This document shows, in pieces, positions 38,209-48,190 of a stretch of DNA of 64,000 nt; position 1 is the stretch's first letter; every line of letters begins with the position of its first letter. The translations under genes were made by a program, and so were the position numbers. This DNA is from an uncultured delta proteobacterium (lineage in GTDB: Bacteria > Myxococcota > Myxococcia > Myxococcales > Anaeromyxobacteraceae), in NCBI GenBank assembly GCA_963814585.1, contig CAWFDF010000003.1, positions 160,001 to 224,000 of the forward strand, given 5' to 3'. The notes beneath the pieces were generated by a model. It saw only the letters and a program-made list of their open reading frames with translations, was not told the origin of the DNA and ran no database searches.

Positions 38209-39383
38209 ATGGCTCCGGCGTGGCGGCTGCGTCTCATCTACTTCCTCTATTACGGCGCGGTCGGGACCACCCTCCCCTACTTCGCCCCCTACCTGCGCGA
38301 CCTCGGCTTCTCCGGGAGCGCCATCGGCACCGTGCAGATGCTGGCCCCGCTGATCGCGCCGGCGGCCGCGCTGGGCTGGGCCGCGCTGGCCGATCGGACC
38401 GGCGCGCCGGAGCGGACCTTGCGGCTCGCCACCTCCGTGTCGCTGGCCGCGGCCGTCTTCCTGCCGGTGGCCCGGACCCCGCTGGCGGTCGGCGCGGTGG
38501 TGCTGCTCCAGTCGGTGGGCGACCGGGCGGTGGTGCCGCTGCTCGACTCGCTCACCATGGCGCACGTCCACCGGTCCCCGGGCCGGAGCTACGCGAGGAT
38601 CCGGCTGGGCGGGTCGCTCGGCTTCCTTGTGCTGGCGCTCCTGGCGGGCGGGCTGCTGGCCTGGCGCGGCGACCGGCCGGCCGACCCGCTGGTGCCGTGG
38701 CTGATCGTCTCGCTGGTGGCCGGCTACGCGCTCGCCGTCCGCGGCCTCCCCCACGCCGCGCCGCCCGGTGGCGAGCGCCCGGGCTGGCTGGCGGTCCGGA
38801 CGCTGCTCGCCGATCGCCGCCTGCTCCTGGTGCTGGTCGGCGGCGCCATCCACTGGCTGGCCTGCGCTCCGTTCCACCTCTTCTTCGGCCTGCTGGTGCG
38901 CGACCGGTCGCTGCCCTCGGCGGTGACCGGCCTGGGGATGGGGCCGGGGTGCTGGCCGAGATGGCGGTGCTGCTGGCCTTCCCGCGCCTGGCCGGGCGCT
39001 GGTCGCTGACCGGGCTCTTCGCCACCGCCTTCGCCGGGTCGGCGCTCCGCTGGCTGGCGCTCTCCCAGGCCGAGGGCGCCGCGGCGGTGATCGCGCTGCA
39101 GCTCCTGCACGGGCTCACCTTCGGCCTCTTCTGGAGCTGCTCGGTCGAGGCCATGTCGCGGCTGGTCCCGGCCCCGCTGCGCGCCACCGGGCAGGCCCTC
39201 TTCACCGCGGTGGTCTTCGGCGGCGGGAACGCCGTCGGCTACCAGCTGGCCGGGCTGGCGCTCGATCACTACGGCCGCACGCCGCCCCTGTTCGCCTGGG
39301 CGGGCGCCGTCGAGGTGCTGCCGCTCCTCGGCGCGATCCTGCTGCTGCGGCGGGTCAGAGCTGGCGCAAGGTCCTGGCCTTGA
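38209..39383 (+). CDS. MFS transporter (MFS_1-like/HcaT-like); apparent 1-nt frameshift in a G run near 38940
   Basis: YFLYYGAVG, WAALADRTG, YARIRLGGSLGF, QLLHGLTFGLF, RATGQALF. Adding one G restores GMGAGVLAEM. Confidence 0.8.
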
Positions 39384-39954
39384 GCGCGCTGCGCAGGCAG
39401 AGGAAGAGCTCGGCGGTGGCGATGGCGTCGGTCAGGGCGTCGTGGGCCTGGTACTCGGGGAGGCCGAGGCGGCGCCGCGCCTCGGCCAGGTTGACGCTCG
39501 GATCGGCGTCCTGGTAGCCGGTGTGGGTGATGCGCCGCTTGCGGTCGAGCTTGAGGAGCAGCTCCACGGTGTCCACGATGGGTGGCGCCGGCCAGCGGCG
39601 GTCGAGGCGCTGGTAGGCCTGCCTGAGGAACGCCACGTCGATGGCCTGGTGGTGGACCAGCAGGGCCCCCTCTCGCACCCGCCGATCCACCTCGGCGAGG
39701 ACCGCGGGGAGCGGCGGCGCCTCGCGCACCTCCCCCTGGACCAGCTGGTGGGCGCACACCGACTCCGGCTTGATCTCGCGGCCGTCCTCGGGGCGCACCA
39801 GCGTCCGGTAGGCGTCCCCGAGACGGATGACGCCCCTCCGGATGGGGAGCATGCCCAGCGCGATGATGGGATCCTGCAGCGGGTCGAGGCCGCCGGTCTC
39901 GATGTCGAGGGCCCAGTAGGTGACCGCGTCCCAGGCCGGAGAGGTGGAGAACAC
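39355..39954 (-). CDS. DEDDh 3'-5' exonuclease (DNA Pol III epsilon-like)
   Basis: ALDIETGGLD, HHQAIDVAFL, VDT, AHDALTDAIATAELF. Confidence 0.88.
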   Translation of the reverse strand: MFSTSPAWDAVTYWALDIETGGLDPLQDPIIALGMLPIRRGVIRLGDAYRTLVRPEDGREIKPESVCAHQLVQGEVREAPPLPAVLAEVDRRVREGALLVHHQAIDVAFLRQAYQRLDRRWPAPPIVDTVELLLKLDRKRRITHTGYQDADPSVNLAEARRRLGLPEYQAHDALTDAIATAELFLCLRSALKARTLRQL

Positions 39955-39978
39955 GGGGCATCCTACCCCGTGCCTCGA

Positions 39979-41781
39979 TCAGAACGAGGCCTGGTAGTGG
40001 TAGGCGGCCATGTCCTGCCAGCTCCTGATGGCGCGGAAGGCGTCCTTGAGGCGGCTACGCTCGATGGCGCTGAGGTCGCCGAAGGCCAGCCTGTTGACGA
40101 CCGGCTTGCCCCCGGAGGCCTGCTTGAGCTGCTCGCGCAGGCGCAGCCCGAGCAGGAACTTGTAGGCCTCGCCCACCACGGCGAAGACCTCCTGGCTCAT
40201 CAACCCGGCCCTGACCGCCGCCTCGAGCCGGGCCCGGGTGTTCCGCTCGCGGCTGCCGATCTCCAGCCCGTAGCAGCGGGCCAGGAGCACGATGGGGGCC
40301 AGCCCCTGCATCTTCAGGTCGAGCGCGGCGGACTCCCGCAGCCGCAGCAGGAGGGCGTTGGGGGGCCGCAGGTCGAGCGCGGCGCGGGCCAGGTAGCGGA
40401 GGAAGACCGGGTGGCGAGCGGTGCCGCCCAGCGCCTCCTCCAGCGGCTCGAGGTCGAGCGCGCCCCCCACCTTGCGGAAGTCGAAGAAGGTGGAGGCCTC
40501 GAGCAGCTCCTGCGGCTGCCGGCTCTCGAACCAGGCGGCGAAGCGCTGGAGCCACTCCGACATCGTGCCCAGCCAGTTCCGCGCCATGTAGCCGCCGTGG
40601 CAGGGCGGGAAGCCGGCCGCCTCGAGGTCGGCGTTCACCCGCCCGGCCAGCGCCAGGTACCAGTCGCGGCGCGGCCCGCCGCCGTCGCCGAAGACCAGCG
40701 CGTTGTCCTGGTCGGTGAGGAGCGTCTGCTCCATCCGCCCCTCCGATCCCATCGCCATCCAGGCGTAGGGCGCCGGCGGGGGACCGAGATCGGCCTCGGC
40801 GAACGCCAGCAGGCGGCGCAGCAGCGCGTCGTTGAGCCGGGCCACGTAGCCGGCGATGAGGCCGGCCTCCAGCCCGCCGGCCAGCAGCGACGCCACCATC
40901 TCCATCACCTTGGCGGCGTAGCCCGGCAGCCCCGACCGATCGGCCATCCGCTCCACGCGGCGCAGCACGGCGACCGGGCCTGGCGCGTGGACCCGGAGCA
41001 GGTCGGTGGAGGTGAGGACCCCGGCGATCTCGTCGCCGCGGCGGATGGGCAGGTGGTGGCTGCCGGTGTCGAGCAGCGTGGTCCAGGCCGCCGAGATGGG
41101 CGTGCTGGCCTCCACGGCGCGCAGCGGGCGGGAGACGACGGAGGCGACCGGCGTGGCCGGCCCCAGCTCGTCGGCCAGCACCCGGTTGCGGAAGTCGCGG
41201 TCGGTGACGATGCCGGGCGGGTCGCCGCGCACCAGCACCGACGAGACCTTCTGGTCCCGCATGACGCGGGCCGCCTCGCCCACGGTGGCGTCGGCCTCCA
41301 CCCAGACGGCGGTGCGGCGCAGCAGCTGCCCCACCTCCAGCTGCAGGTCGGCCTTGAAGGTGGTGACCGGCGAGTGCTCGAGGCTGCTCTTGAGGCGCTG
41401 CGAGAGCCCCACCGCGAAGTGGCCGGCGAAGCGGGCGTCCCCCAGCAGCCGCTGGAACAGGTCCGCCGGCAGCCGGTAGGCGAGCAGGTCCTCCTCGACC
41501 CGCACGTCGAGCGTGGCCTTGCCGACGATCAGCGAGGTGTAGCCGAAGGTCTCGCCCTCCTCCAGCACCTGCAGCGTCTGCCCCTCGCGCTCCAGCCGGA
41601 CCGAGCCCTTGCGGATGACGTAGAGGTGCTGCAGCGGCGGCGCGCCGACGCGCACCAGCTGCGTGCCAGCAGGGTAGTAGCCGATCTCGAGCGAGGCGGC
41701 GGCCGCGTCGAAGAGCGAGGCGGGCAGGGCGTGGAAGGGCGGCGTCGAGCGGAGGAAGGCGACGGGATCGAGGGTGGCCAT
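39979..41781 (-). CDS. cNMP-binding + CBS pair + DUF294 nucleotidyltransferase-like signalling protein
   Basis: cNMP (LYVIRKGSV..GETFG), CBS (GIVTDRDFR), MGSEGRMEQTLLTDQDNALV, FFDFR, DLK. Confidence 0.9.
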   Translation of the reverse strand: MATLDPVAFLRSTPPFHALPASLFDAAAASLEIGYYPAGTQLVRVGAPPLQHLYVIRKGSVRLEREGQTLQVLEEGETFGYTSLIVGKATLDVRVEEDLLAYRLPADLFQRLLGDARFAGHFAVGLSQRLKSSLEHSPVTTFKADLQLEVGQLLRRTAVWVEADATVGEAARVMRDQKVSSVLVRGDPPGIVTDRDFRNRVLADELGPATPVASVVSRPLRAVEASTPISAAWTTLLDTGSHHLPIRRGDEIAGVLTSTDLLRVHAPGPVAVLRRVERMADRSGLPGYAAKVMEMVASLLAGGLEAGLIAGYVARLNDALLRRLLAFAEADLGPPPAPYAWMAMGSEGRMEQTLLTDQDNALVFGDGGGPRRDWYLALAGRVNADLEAAGFPPCHGGYMARNWLGTMSEWLQRFAAWFESRQPQELLEASTFFDFRKVGGALDLEPLEEALGGTARHPVFLRYLARAALDLRPPNALLLRLRESAALDLKMQGLAPIVLLARCYGLEIGSRERNTRARLEAAVRAGLMSQEVFAVVGEAYKFLLGLRLREQLKQASGGKPVVNRLAFGDLSAIERSRLKDAFRAIRSWQDMAAYHYQASF

Positions 41782-42095
41782 CCTGGAGGACAGCCTACGC
41801 GAGGCCGCTCACCGCCGCGAGCGGTTCGGCGCCGGCCGGAGGTCCACGCCACGGATCGCGACAATTGCGCGCACCCCCGGCGGTGGCGACGCGCGCCCCT
41901 GCGACAAGAAGGCACCCACGCCGCAGAGGCTGCGCGCAGGCATTGCGCCGTCGGCCTTCGTGGACCAATCCGATGGGCGAAGATTGACACCAGTCGGCGA
42001 AAATCCAATCGGACATTGGCAATCGCTAGGCGCGCCTCGAACTTTCTGCTAAGCGAATCGGCCTCACCTTTCCAACCCCTCCTCAGGAGACGACG

Positions 42096-42437
42096 ATGAC
42101 CGCCACCTCCAGGCCCGCCGAAGGCGGCAAGAGCCCGACCGAGCTGATCGAGTCCCCGGACTTCCGGGCGCTGGTGAAGACCCGCTGGTCGGTGAGCTTC
42201 ACGCTGCTGGCCCTGCTGTTCGTCGGCTACTACGGCTACATCCTGCTGGTGGCCTCCTTCCCCGCCGTGGTGGCGCGCCGCGTCTCCGACGCCCCGGGCG
42301 CCATCACCAACCTCGGCCTGGTGCTGGGCATCGGCACCCTGGTCTTCGCGTGGATCCTCACCGCCATCTACGTGGTCTGGGCCAACCGCGCCTACGACCC
42401 CGAGGTCGAGCGGCTCAAGGGCCAGCTGAAGCGCTGA
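42096..42437 (+). CDS. DUF485 (YjcH-like) small membrane protein
   Basis: Two TMs, SPDFRALV..R, YVVWANRAYDP; immediately upstream of actP. Confidence 0.9.
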   Translation: MTATSRPAEGGKSPTELIESPDFRALVKTRWSVSFTLLALLFVGYYGYILLVASFPAVVARRVSDAPGAITNLGLVLGIGTLVFAWILTAIYVVWANRAYDPEVERLKGQLKR

Positions 42438-42467
42438 CGCCACCCGCGACCTCCGGAGCCCGACCAC

Positions 42468-44087
42468 ATGCCTCCCGCCACCGCCCCCGCCGCCGCCGCC
42501 GCCCCGGCCTTCGAGTCCTCGCTCGGAAGGCCGACCTTCGCCTCGATCGGCTTCTTCTTCCTCATCGTCCTCATCACGCTGCTGATCACCTGGTGGGCGG
42601 CGCGCAAGACCAAGACCTCGTCGGAGTACTACGCCGCCGGCCGCAGCGTCTCGGCGTTGCAGAACGGCTTCGCGCTGGCCGGCGACTACATGTCGGCCGC
42701 CTCGTTCCTCGGCATCTCCGGCATGGTGGCCCTGAAGGGCTACGACGGGATGATCTACGCCACCGGCTGGTTGATGGGCTGGCCGGCGCTGATGTTCCTG
42801 GTGGCCGAGCCGCTCCGCAACCTCGGCAAGTTCACCTTCGCCGACGTGGTGGCCTTCCGGCTGCGCCAGGGACCGGTCCGCATCGCCGCGGCCGTCGGCG
42901 GCATCCTCACCACCATCTTCTACACCATCGCCCAGATGGTCGGCTCCGGCTCGCTCATCGCCCTCATGTTCGGCATGCCCTTCGTGCTGGCCGAGCTGCT
43001 GGTGGGCGCGGTGATGCTGCTCTACGTGCTCTTCGGCGGCATGCTGGCCACCACCTGGGTGCAGATCATCAAGGCCGTCCTGCTCCTCTGCGGCGTGACC
43101 GTGCTGACTGCCCTGGTCCTGTCGAGGTTCGGCTTCAGCCTGCCGGCCCTCTACCAGGCGGCCAACGACCTCTACCCGGCCAAGAACCTGCTGGTGCCGG
43201 GCGACCTCACCAAGTCGCCGCTCGACGCCATCTCGCTCGGCCTGGCGCTGATGTTCGGCCTGCTCGGCCTCCCGCACATCCTCATGCGCTTCTACACCGT
43301 GCCCGACGCCAAGGCGGCGCGGGTCTCGGTGCTCTACGCCACCGGCCTGATCGGCTACTTCTACGTGATCATCCCCATCGTCGGCTTCGGGGCCGCGGTG
43401 CTGCTCTCGGTGAAGGACGCCTCCGGGACCATCACGACGCTGGGCGACAAGGTCGTGGCCGCCTTCGACAAGGGCGGCAACATGGCGGCGCCGCTGCTGG
43501 CCGAGGCCATGTGGGGCTCGGCCTTCCTCGGCTTCATCGCCGCGGTGGCCTTCGCCACCATCCTGGCGGTGGTGGCCGGCCTCACGCTGGCCGGCGCCTC
43601 GGCCTACTCCCACGACATCTACGTCAGCGTCATCAAGAAGGGGCGCGCCACCGAGGAGGAGCAGGTGAAGGCGGCCCGGATCGCCACCGTGATCTTCGGC
43701 ATCGTGGCCGTGGGTCTCGGCATCGCCTTCCAGGGCCAGAACGTGGCCTTCATGGTCGGCCTGGCCTTCGCCATCGCCGCCAGCGCCAACTTCCCGGCGC
43801 TGCTGATGTCCATCACCTGGAAGCGCTTCACCACCTGGGGCGCGGTCTGGTCGATCCTGGTCGGCGCCGTCTGCTCGGTCGGCATGATCGTCCTCTCCAA
43901 GACCGTCTGGGTCGACCTGTTCCACTTCGAGAAGGCCATCTTCCCCATGAAGAACCCGGCCATCTTCTCGATGACGGCGGCCTTCGTGGCCGGCATCGTG
44001 GTCTCGCTGCTCACGCCCGAGCCGGACGCCCAGCGCAAGTTCGAGTCGGAGAAGATCCGCGCCTACCTCGGCGTGGGGGCGGAGTAG
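42468..44087 (+). CDS. actP: Cation/acetate symporter (SSS family)
   Basis: QNGFALAGDYMSAASFLG, AEPLRNLGKFTFADV, GLPHILMRFYTVPDA, AFATILAVVAGL, ASANFP. Confidence 0.92.
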   Translation: MPPATAPAAAAAPAFESSLGRPTFASIGFFFLIVLITLLITWWAARKTKTSSEYYAAGRSVSALQNGFALAGDYMSAASFLGISGMVALKGYDGMIYATGWLMGWPALMFLVAEPLRNLGKFTFADVVAFRLRQGPVRIAAAVGGILTTIFYTIAQMVGSGSLIALMFGMPFVLAELLVGAVMLLYVLFGGMLATTWVQIIKAVLLLCGVTVLTALVLSRFGFSLPALYQAANDLYPAKNLLVPGDLTKSPLDAISLGLALMFGLLGLPHILMRFYTVPDAKAARVSVLYATGLIGYFYVIIPIVGFGAAVLLSVKDASGTITTLGDKVVAAFDKGGNMAAPLLAEAMWGSAFLGFIAAVAFATILAVVAGLTLAGASAYSHDIYVSVIKKGRATEEEQVKAARIATVIFGIVAVGLGIAFQGQNVAFMVGLAFAIAASANFPALLMSITWKRFTTWGAVWSILVGAVCSVGMIVLSKTVWVDLFHFEKAIFPMKNPAIFSMTAAFVAGIVVSLLTPEPDAQRKFESEKIRAYLGVGAE

Positions 44088-44123
44088 CCGGCCACCCGGG
44101 AGCGCCGACCTCCCCGGGCCCGG

Positions 44124-45167
44124 CTACCCGAGCTCGGGGACGTGGCGGGCCAGCAGCCGCCGCAGCGGCGTCAGCTCCGGCCGCCGCGCCAGGGCCTCGC
44201 GCACGTAGCGGAGCGACGCCGGGATCGAGCCCAGGAAGCCGGGGTTTCCGCGCACCCGGTCGATGAAGACGAAGCGGCCGGCGTCCTTGAGCTTGCGCTG
44301 CACGGTGAGCAGGTCGAAGGTCTCCCGGAACGGCCCCTCCTCGAGCCGCGGGCCGCCCTCGGCCTCGAGCCGCGCCAGGTAGCGGCGCAGCATGGCCTCG
44401 ACGAGGTCGGCCGGCAGCTCGACGTAGCTGTCGCGCAGCAGCGCCACCAGGTCGTACTGGCGCGGACCCAGCAGGGCGTCCTGGAAGTCGATGACCGCCT
44501 GCTCGCCGCCCGGCAGCACCATCAGATTGCGCGACTGGTAGTCACGATGGGTGAAGCCACGCGGCTCGGCGGCCAGCCTGGCGGCGATCCGGTCGAACCA
44601 CCCGTCCAGCTCGGCCCGCTCGGCGGCGCCGAGCGCCGCCCCCCTCCACGCCTCCAGCAGCCACTCCCGGAAGTGGTCCAGCTCCCAGCGGTAGAGCCCG
44701 GCCTCGAAGGCGCGGGTGAAGGCCACGCAGCCGCCAGGGCGGTCCTCGGCGCGCGCCCGCAGCCGGGCCAGCTGGTCGACGGCCCGGTGGTAGAGGCCGG
44801 CCCGGTCGTCGCCGGCCAGCAGCCGGGACTCCAGCATGTCGTCGCCGAGATCCTCGAGGACCATCAGCCCCTCGGCCTCCTCGAAGGCGAGGATGGCGGG
44901 CACCCGCACCCCCAGCCCGGCCAGGTAGCGCTGCACGTCGACGAAGGGGTCGACCGGGGAGGGGCCGCCGGCCGTCACCTCCTCGGGCGCGGCCCCCACC
45001 GGCATCACCATCACCACCAGGGACGAGGGCGACGCCCCCACCCGCCAGTAGCTCCGCATCGAGGCGTGGCCGGCCAGCCGCTTCACCGGAAGTGACGTGG
45101 CGGCGCGCCCGGTGGCGCGAGCCACGGCGCCGCGGACGCGCTCCTCGGTGGGGATGGGCTGGCTCAT
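44124..45167 (-). CDS. Aminoglycoside-phosphotransferase-family kinase (AmgK-like anomeric MurNAc/GlcNAc kinase)
   Basis: GHASMRSYWR, LEDLGD, HRDYQSRNLM, IDFQDALLGP..YDLVALLRD, QRKLKDAGRF. Confidence 0.8.
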   Translation of the reverse strand: MSQPIPTEERVRGAVARATGRAATSLPVKRLAGHASMRSYWRVGASPSSLVVMVMPVGAAPEEVTAGGPSPVDPFVDVQRYLAGLGVRVPAILAFEEAEGLMVLEDLGDDMLESRLLAGDDRAGLYHRAVDQLARLRARAEDRPGGCVAFTRAFEAGLYRWELDHFREWLLEAWRGAALGAAERAELDGWFDRIAARLAAEPRGFTHRDYQSRNLMVLPGGEQAVIDFQDALLGPRQYDLVALLRDSYVELPADLVEAMLRRYLARLEAEGGPRLEEGPFRETFDLLTVQRKLKDAGRFVFIDRVRGNPGFLGSIPASLRYVREALARRPELTPLRRLLARHVPELG

Positions 45168-45198
45168 GCGGTGCACTTCTCGGCGGCGCGGGCGCGCG

Positions 45199-45227
45199 TT
45201 GACGCCCCCCGGGGCCACGCCTATAAG
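45199..45227 (+). promoter_or_regulatory. Sigma70-type promoter of the cbs-cgl operon
   Basis: TTGACG-N17-TATAAG, about 30 nt upstream of the ATG at 45257; GGAG RBS present. Confidence 0.7.
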
Positions 45228-45256
45228 GGCTCGACTTCCTGCCTCGGAGCGCACCC

Positions 45257-46639
45257 ATGGCCTACCACGAGAACGTCCTGTCCGCGATCGGCCACACCCC
45301 GCTGGTCAAGCTGAACAAGGTGGTCGGCCCCAGGTCCGCCACGGTGCTGGTGAAGCTCGAGTACCTGAACCCCGGCGGCTCCATCAAGGACCGCATGGCC
45401 GTGCACATCATCGAGAAGGCGGAGCGGGCCGGGCTGCTCAAGCCGGGCGGCACCATCGTCGAGAACACCAGCGGCAACACCGGCGTGGGGGTGGCGCTGG
45501 CGGCCGCCGTGAAGGGCTACCGCTGCATCTTCACCATGCCGGACAAGATGTCGAAGGAGAAGCAGGACACGCTCAAGGCCTTCGGCGCGCAGGTGATCGT
45601 GACGCCGACCAACGTGCCGGCGGAGTCGCCGGAGAGCTACTACTCGGTGGCCAGGCGCATCGCCGCCGAGACGCCCAACAGCTTCTACCTGAACCAGTAC
45701 CACAACGCCGACAACATCGAGGCCCACCAGCTCATCACCGCCCCGGAGATCTGGGAGCAGACCGGCGGCCGGTTCGACGCCTTCGTGGCCGGCCTCGGGA
45801 CCGGCGGCACCATGAGCGGCTGCGCCCGGCACTTCAAGGAGAAGAACCCGGCCATCCTCGCCATCGGCGCCGATCCGGTGGGCTCGGTCTACCACTCGAT
45901 GTTCAAGACCGGGAGGCTCTCCACGCCGCACGTCTACAAGGTGGAGGGGATCGGCGAGGACATGATGTGCGGCGCCATGGACCTCTCGGTGCTCGACGAC
46001 GTGCGGCAGGTGAACGACGCCCAGGCCTTCGCCATGGCGCGCCGGCTGGCCCGCGAGGAGGGGATCTTCGCCGGAGGCTCCTCCGGCGCGGCGGTCCACG
46101 TCGCCGTGCAGGTGGCGGCCGAGCTGGGCGCCGGCAAGGCCGTGGTGGTGCCGCTGCCCGACGGCGGGCGCAGCTACATCTCCAAGTTCTTCTCCGACGA
46201 GTGGATGCGCGACAACGGCTTCCCCCTCTCCGACGGCGGCCCATCGGTCTCGGCGGCCACGGTGAAGGACGTGCTGGGGGCCCGACGCGGCGCCGTCATC
46301 ACCGCCAGGAAGACCGACAAGGTCGAGGCGGTGGTGAAGAAGCTCAAGGAGCACGACATCTCGCAGATGCCGGTGGTCGACGACGGCGGGCGCGTCATCG
46401 GCATGATCCACGAGTACGACCTGCTCAACTTCCTCATCGAGGGCAAGCACCGGCTCTCCGAGGTGGTCGAGCCGCTGGTGCAGCCGCTGCAGGGCACGGT
46501 GGGCCCCGACACGCCGGTGAGCAAGCTGCGCGACATCTTCAACGACGACAACGTGGCGGTGGTCCGCGAGGGCGAGACGGTGACCGGCATCCTCACCAAG
46601 ATCGACCTCATCGACTTCCTCGGGCAGCGGATGAAGTAG
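45257..46639 (+). CDS. cbs: Cystathionine beta-synthase with C-terminal CBS domains
   Basis: NPGGSIKDR (PLP Lys), TSGNTG, GTGGT, EGIG, GGSSG, PDGGRSYISK, C-terminal CBS pair. Confidence 0.9.
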   Translation: MAYHENVLSAIGHTPLVKLNKVVGPRSATVLVKLEYLNPGGSIKDRMAVHIIEKAERAGLLKPGGTIVENTSGNTGVGVALAAAVKGYRCIFTMPDKMSKEKQDTLKAFGAQVIVTPTNVPAESPESYYSVARRIAAETPNSFYLNQYHNADNIEAHQLITAPEIWEQTGGRFDAFVAGLGTGGTMSGCARHFKEKNPAILAIGADPVGSVYHSMFKTGRLSTPHVYKVEGIGEDMMCGAMDLSVLDDVRQVNDAQAFAMARRLAREEGIFAGGSSGAAVHVAVQVAAELGAGKAVVVPLPDGGRSYISKFFSDEWMRDNGFPLSDGGPSVSAATVKDVLGARRGAVITARKTDKVEAVVKKLKEHDISQMPVVDDGGRVIGMIHEYDLLNFLIEGKHRLSEVVEPLVQPLQGTVGPDTPVSKLRDIFNDDNVAVVREGETVTGILTKIDLIDFLGQRMK

Positions 46640-46665
46640 CCGCGGCCCCGCCGCGAGAGGACGCC

Positions 46666-47829
46666 ATGGCCGACCCGAGGAGCCGCTTCGACACCCTGGC
46701 GATCCACGCCGGGCAGCAGCCCGACCCGACCACCGGCGCGGTGATGACGCCGGTCTACCTGACCTCGACCTACGTGCAGGACGGGCCGGGGAACCACAAG
46801 GGCTTCGAGTACGGCCGCACCCAGAACCCGACCCGCCACGCCCTGCAGGACTGCCTGGCCGCGCTGGAAGGGGCCCGCTTCGGGCTGGCGTTCGCCTCGG
46901 GCCTGGCGGCCACCGACGCCATCCTCCACCTGCTCTCCGCCGGGGATCACGTCCTCGCCAGCGACGACGTCTACGGCGGCACCTTCCGCCTCTTCGACAA
47001 GGTCTTCAGGCGCCACGGCCTCGAGTTCAGCTACGTCGACATGACCGACCCCGCCAACGTGGAGCGCGGGCTCCGGGAACGCACCCGGCTGGTCTGGATC
47101 GAGAGCCCGACCAACCCCATGCTCAAGGTCGTCGACCTGGCGGCGGTGGCGAGGCTGGCCCGCGCCCACGGCGCCCTGAGCGTGGTCGACAACACCTTCG
47201 CCACCCCGTACTTCCAGCGGCCGCTCGCCCTGGGCGTCGACGTCGTCGCCCACTCGACCACCAAGTACCTGAACGGCCACTCCGACGTCATCGGGGGCGC
47301 GGTCATGCTCGGCGACCCGGCCCTCCACGACCGGCTCAAGTTCCTGCAGAACGCGGTGGGCGGCGTGCCCTCCCCCCTGGACTCGTTCCTGGTGCTGCGC
47401 GGCCTGAAGACGCTGCACGTCCGCATGGCCCGCCACGCCGAGAACGCCATGGCGCTGGCCCGCTTCCTCGAGGGGCACGCCCAGGTGGAGCGGGTCATCT
47501 ACCCGGGTCTCCCCAGCCACCCGCAGCACGCGCTGGCCGCGCGCCAGATGACCGGCTTCGGCGGCATGCTGGCCTTCACCATCCGGGGCGGCCTCCCCGC
47601 CGCCAGCGCCTTCCTGCGGGCGGTGAAGGTCTTCGCGTGCGCCGAGTCGCTCGGCGGCGTGGAGAGCCTCATCGAGCACCCGGCCATCATGACCCACGCC
47701 AGCGTGCCGCCCGAGGCGCGGGCCGCGCTGGGGATCTCCGACGGCTTCATCCGGGTCTCGGCCGGGATCGAGCACGTCGACGACCTGCGCGAGGACCTGG
47801 AGCGGGGGTTCGCGGCGGCGCGCTCGTAG
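46666..47829 (+). CDS. Cystathionine gamma-lyase/gamma-synthase (MetB/CGL family)
   Basis: YGRTQNPTR, FASGLAA, DVYGGT, ESPTNP, DNTFATP, HSTTKYLNGHSD, AESLGGVESL. Confidence 0.92.
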   Translation: MADPRSRFDTLAIHAGQQPDPTTGAVMTPVYLTSTYVQDGPGNHKGFEYGRTQNPTRHALQDCLAALEGARFGLAFASGLAATDAILHLLSAGDHVLASDDVYGGTFRLFDKVFRRHGLEFSYVDMTDPANVERGLRERTRLVWIESPTNPMLKVVDLAAVARLARAHGALSVVDNTFATPYFQRPLALGVDVVAHSTTKYLNGHSDVIGGAVMLGDPALHDRLKFLQNAVGGVPSPLDSFLVLRGLKTLHVRMARHAENAMALARFLEGHAQVERVIYPGLPSHPQHALAARQMTGFGGMLAFTIRGGLPAASAFLRAVKVFACAESLGGVESLIEHPAIMTHASVPPEARAALGISDGFIRVSAGIEHVDDLREDLERGFAAARS

Positions 47830-47899
47830 CCCGTCGCGCCGGGGCGCGGTCCCCATTCACGGTCGCGGCCCTTCGCGCCGGGGTGCGGTCGCCCCCATC

Positions 47900-48150
47900 G
47901 AGAGGCTCCCGGGAGCGGCGGGGCTCCGCCGGCCGGGAGCGAGCCGCGCAGCCCCAGCTCCGCTCGCACCAGCGGACCGGCACCTGGCGAGCGGGCGCGC
48001 CGCAGGCGGGACGAGCTCCCCGGCCCGGCGGGGCTCCGTCGCGACCATGGGAGCCGGCTCTGCGTGACCGAGAGGCTCCCGGGAGCGGCGGGGCACTGCC
48101 GCGACCATGGGAGCCGACTCGCGACTTCGAGAGGCTCCCGGGAGCGGCGG
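47900..48150. repeat. Intergenic REP-like palindromic repeat cluster
   Basis: GAGAGGCTCCCGGGAGCGGCGG at 47900, 48070 and 48129 (contains the palindrome GCTCCCGGGAGC); GCGACCATGGGAGCCG at 48041 and 48101. Confidence 0.75.
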
Positions 48151-48190
48151 AGTGTCCGGCGCGAAGGCCCCGGAGCGAGCCGGCCGGGTT

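Noticed and set aside
41950..42095. Sigma54 or complete sigma70 promoter for actP
   Set aside because: No GG-N10-GC consensus that I could align convincingly, and the TTGACA has no properly spaced -10 box.
47900..48150. CRISPR array
   Set aside because: Only three irregularly spaced repeats, the intervening sequences resemble each other, and there are no cas genes.
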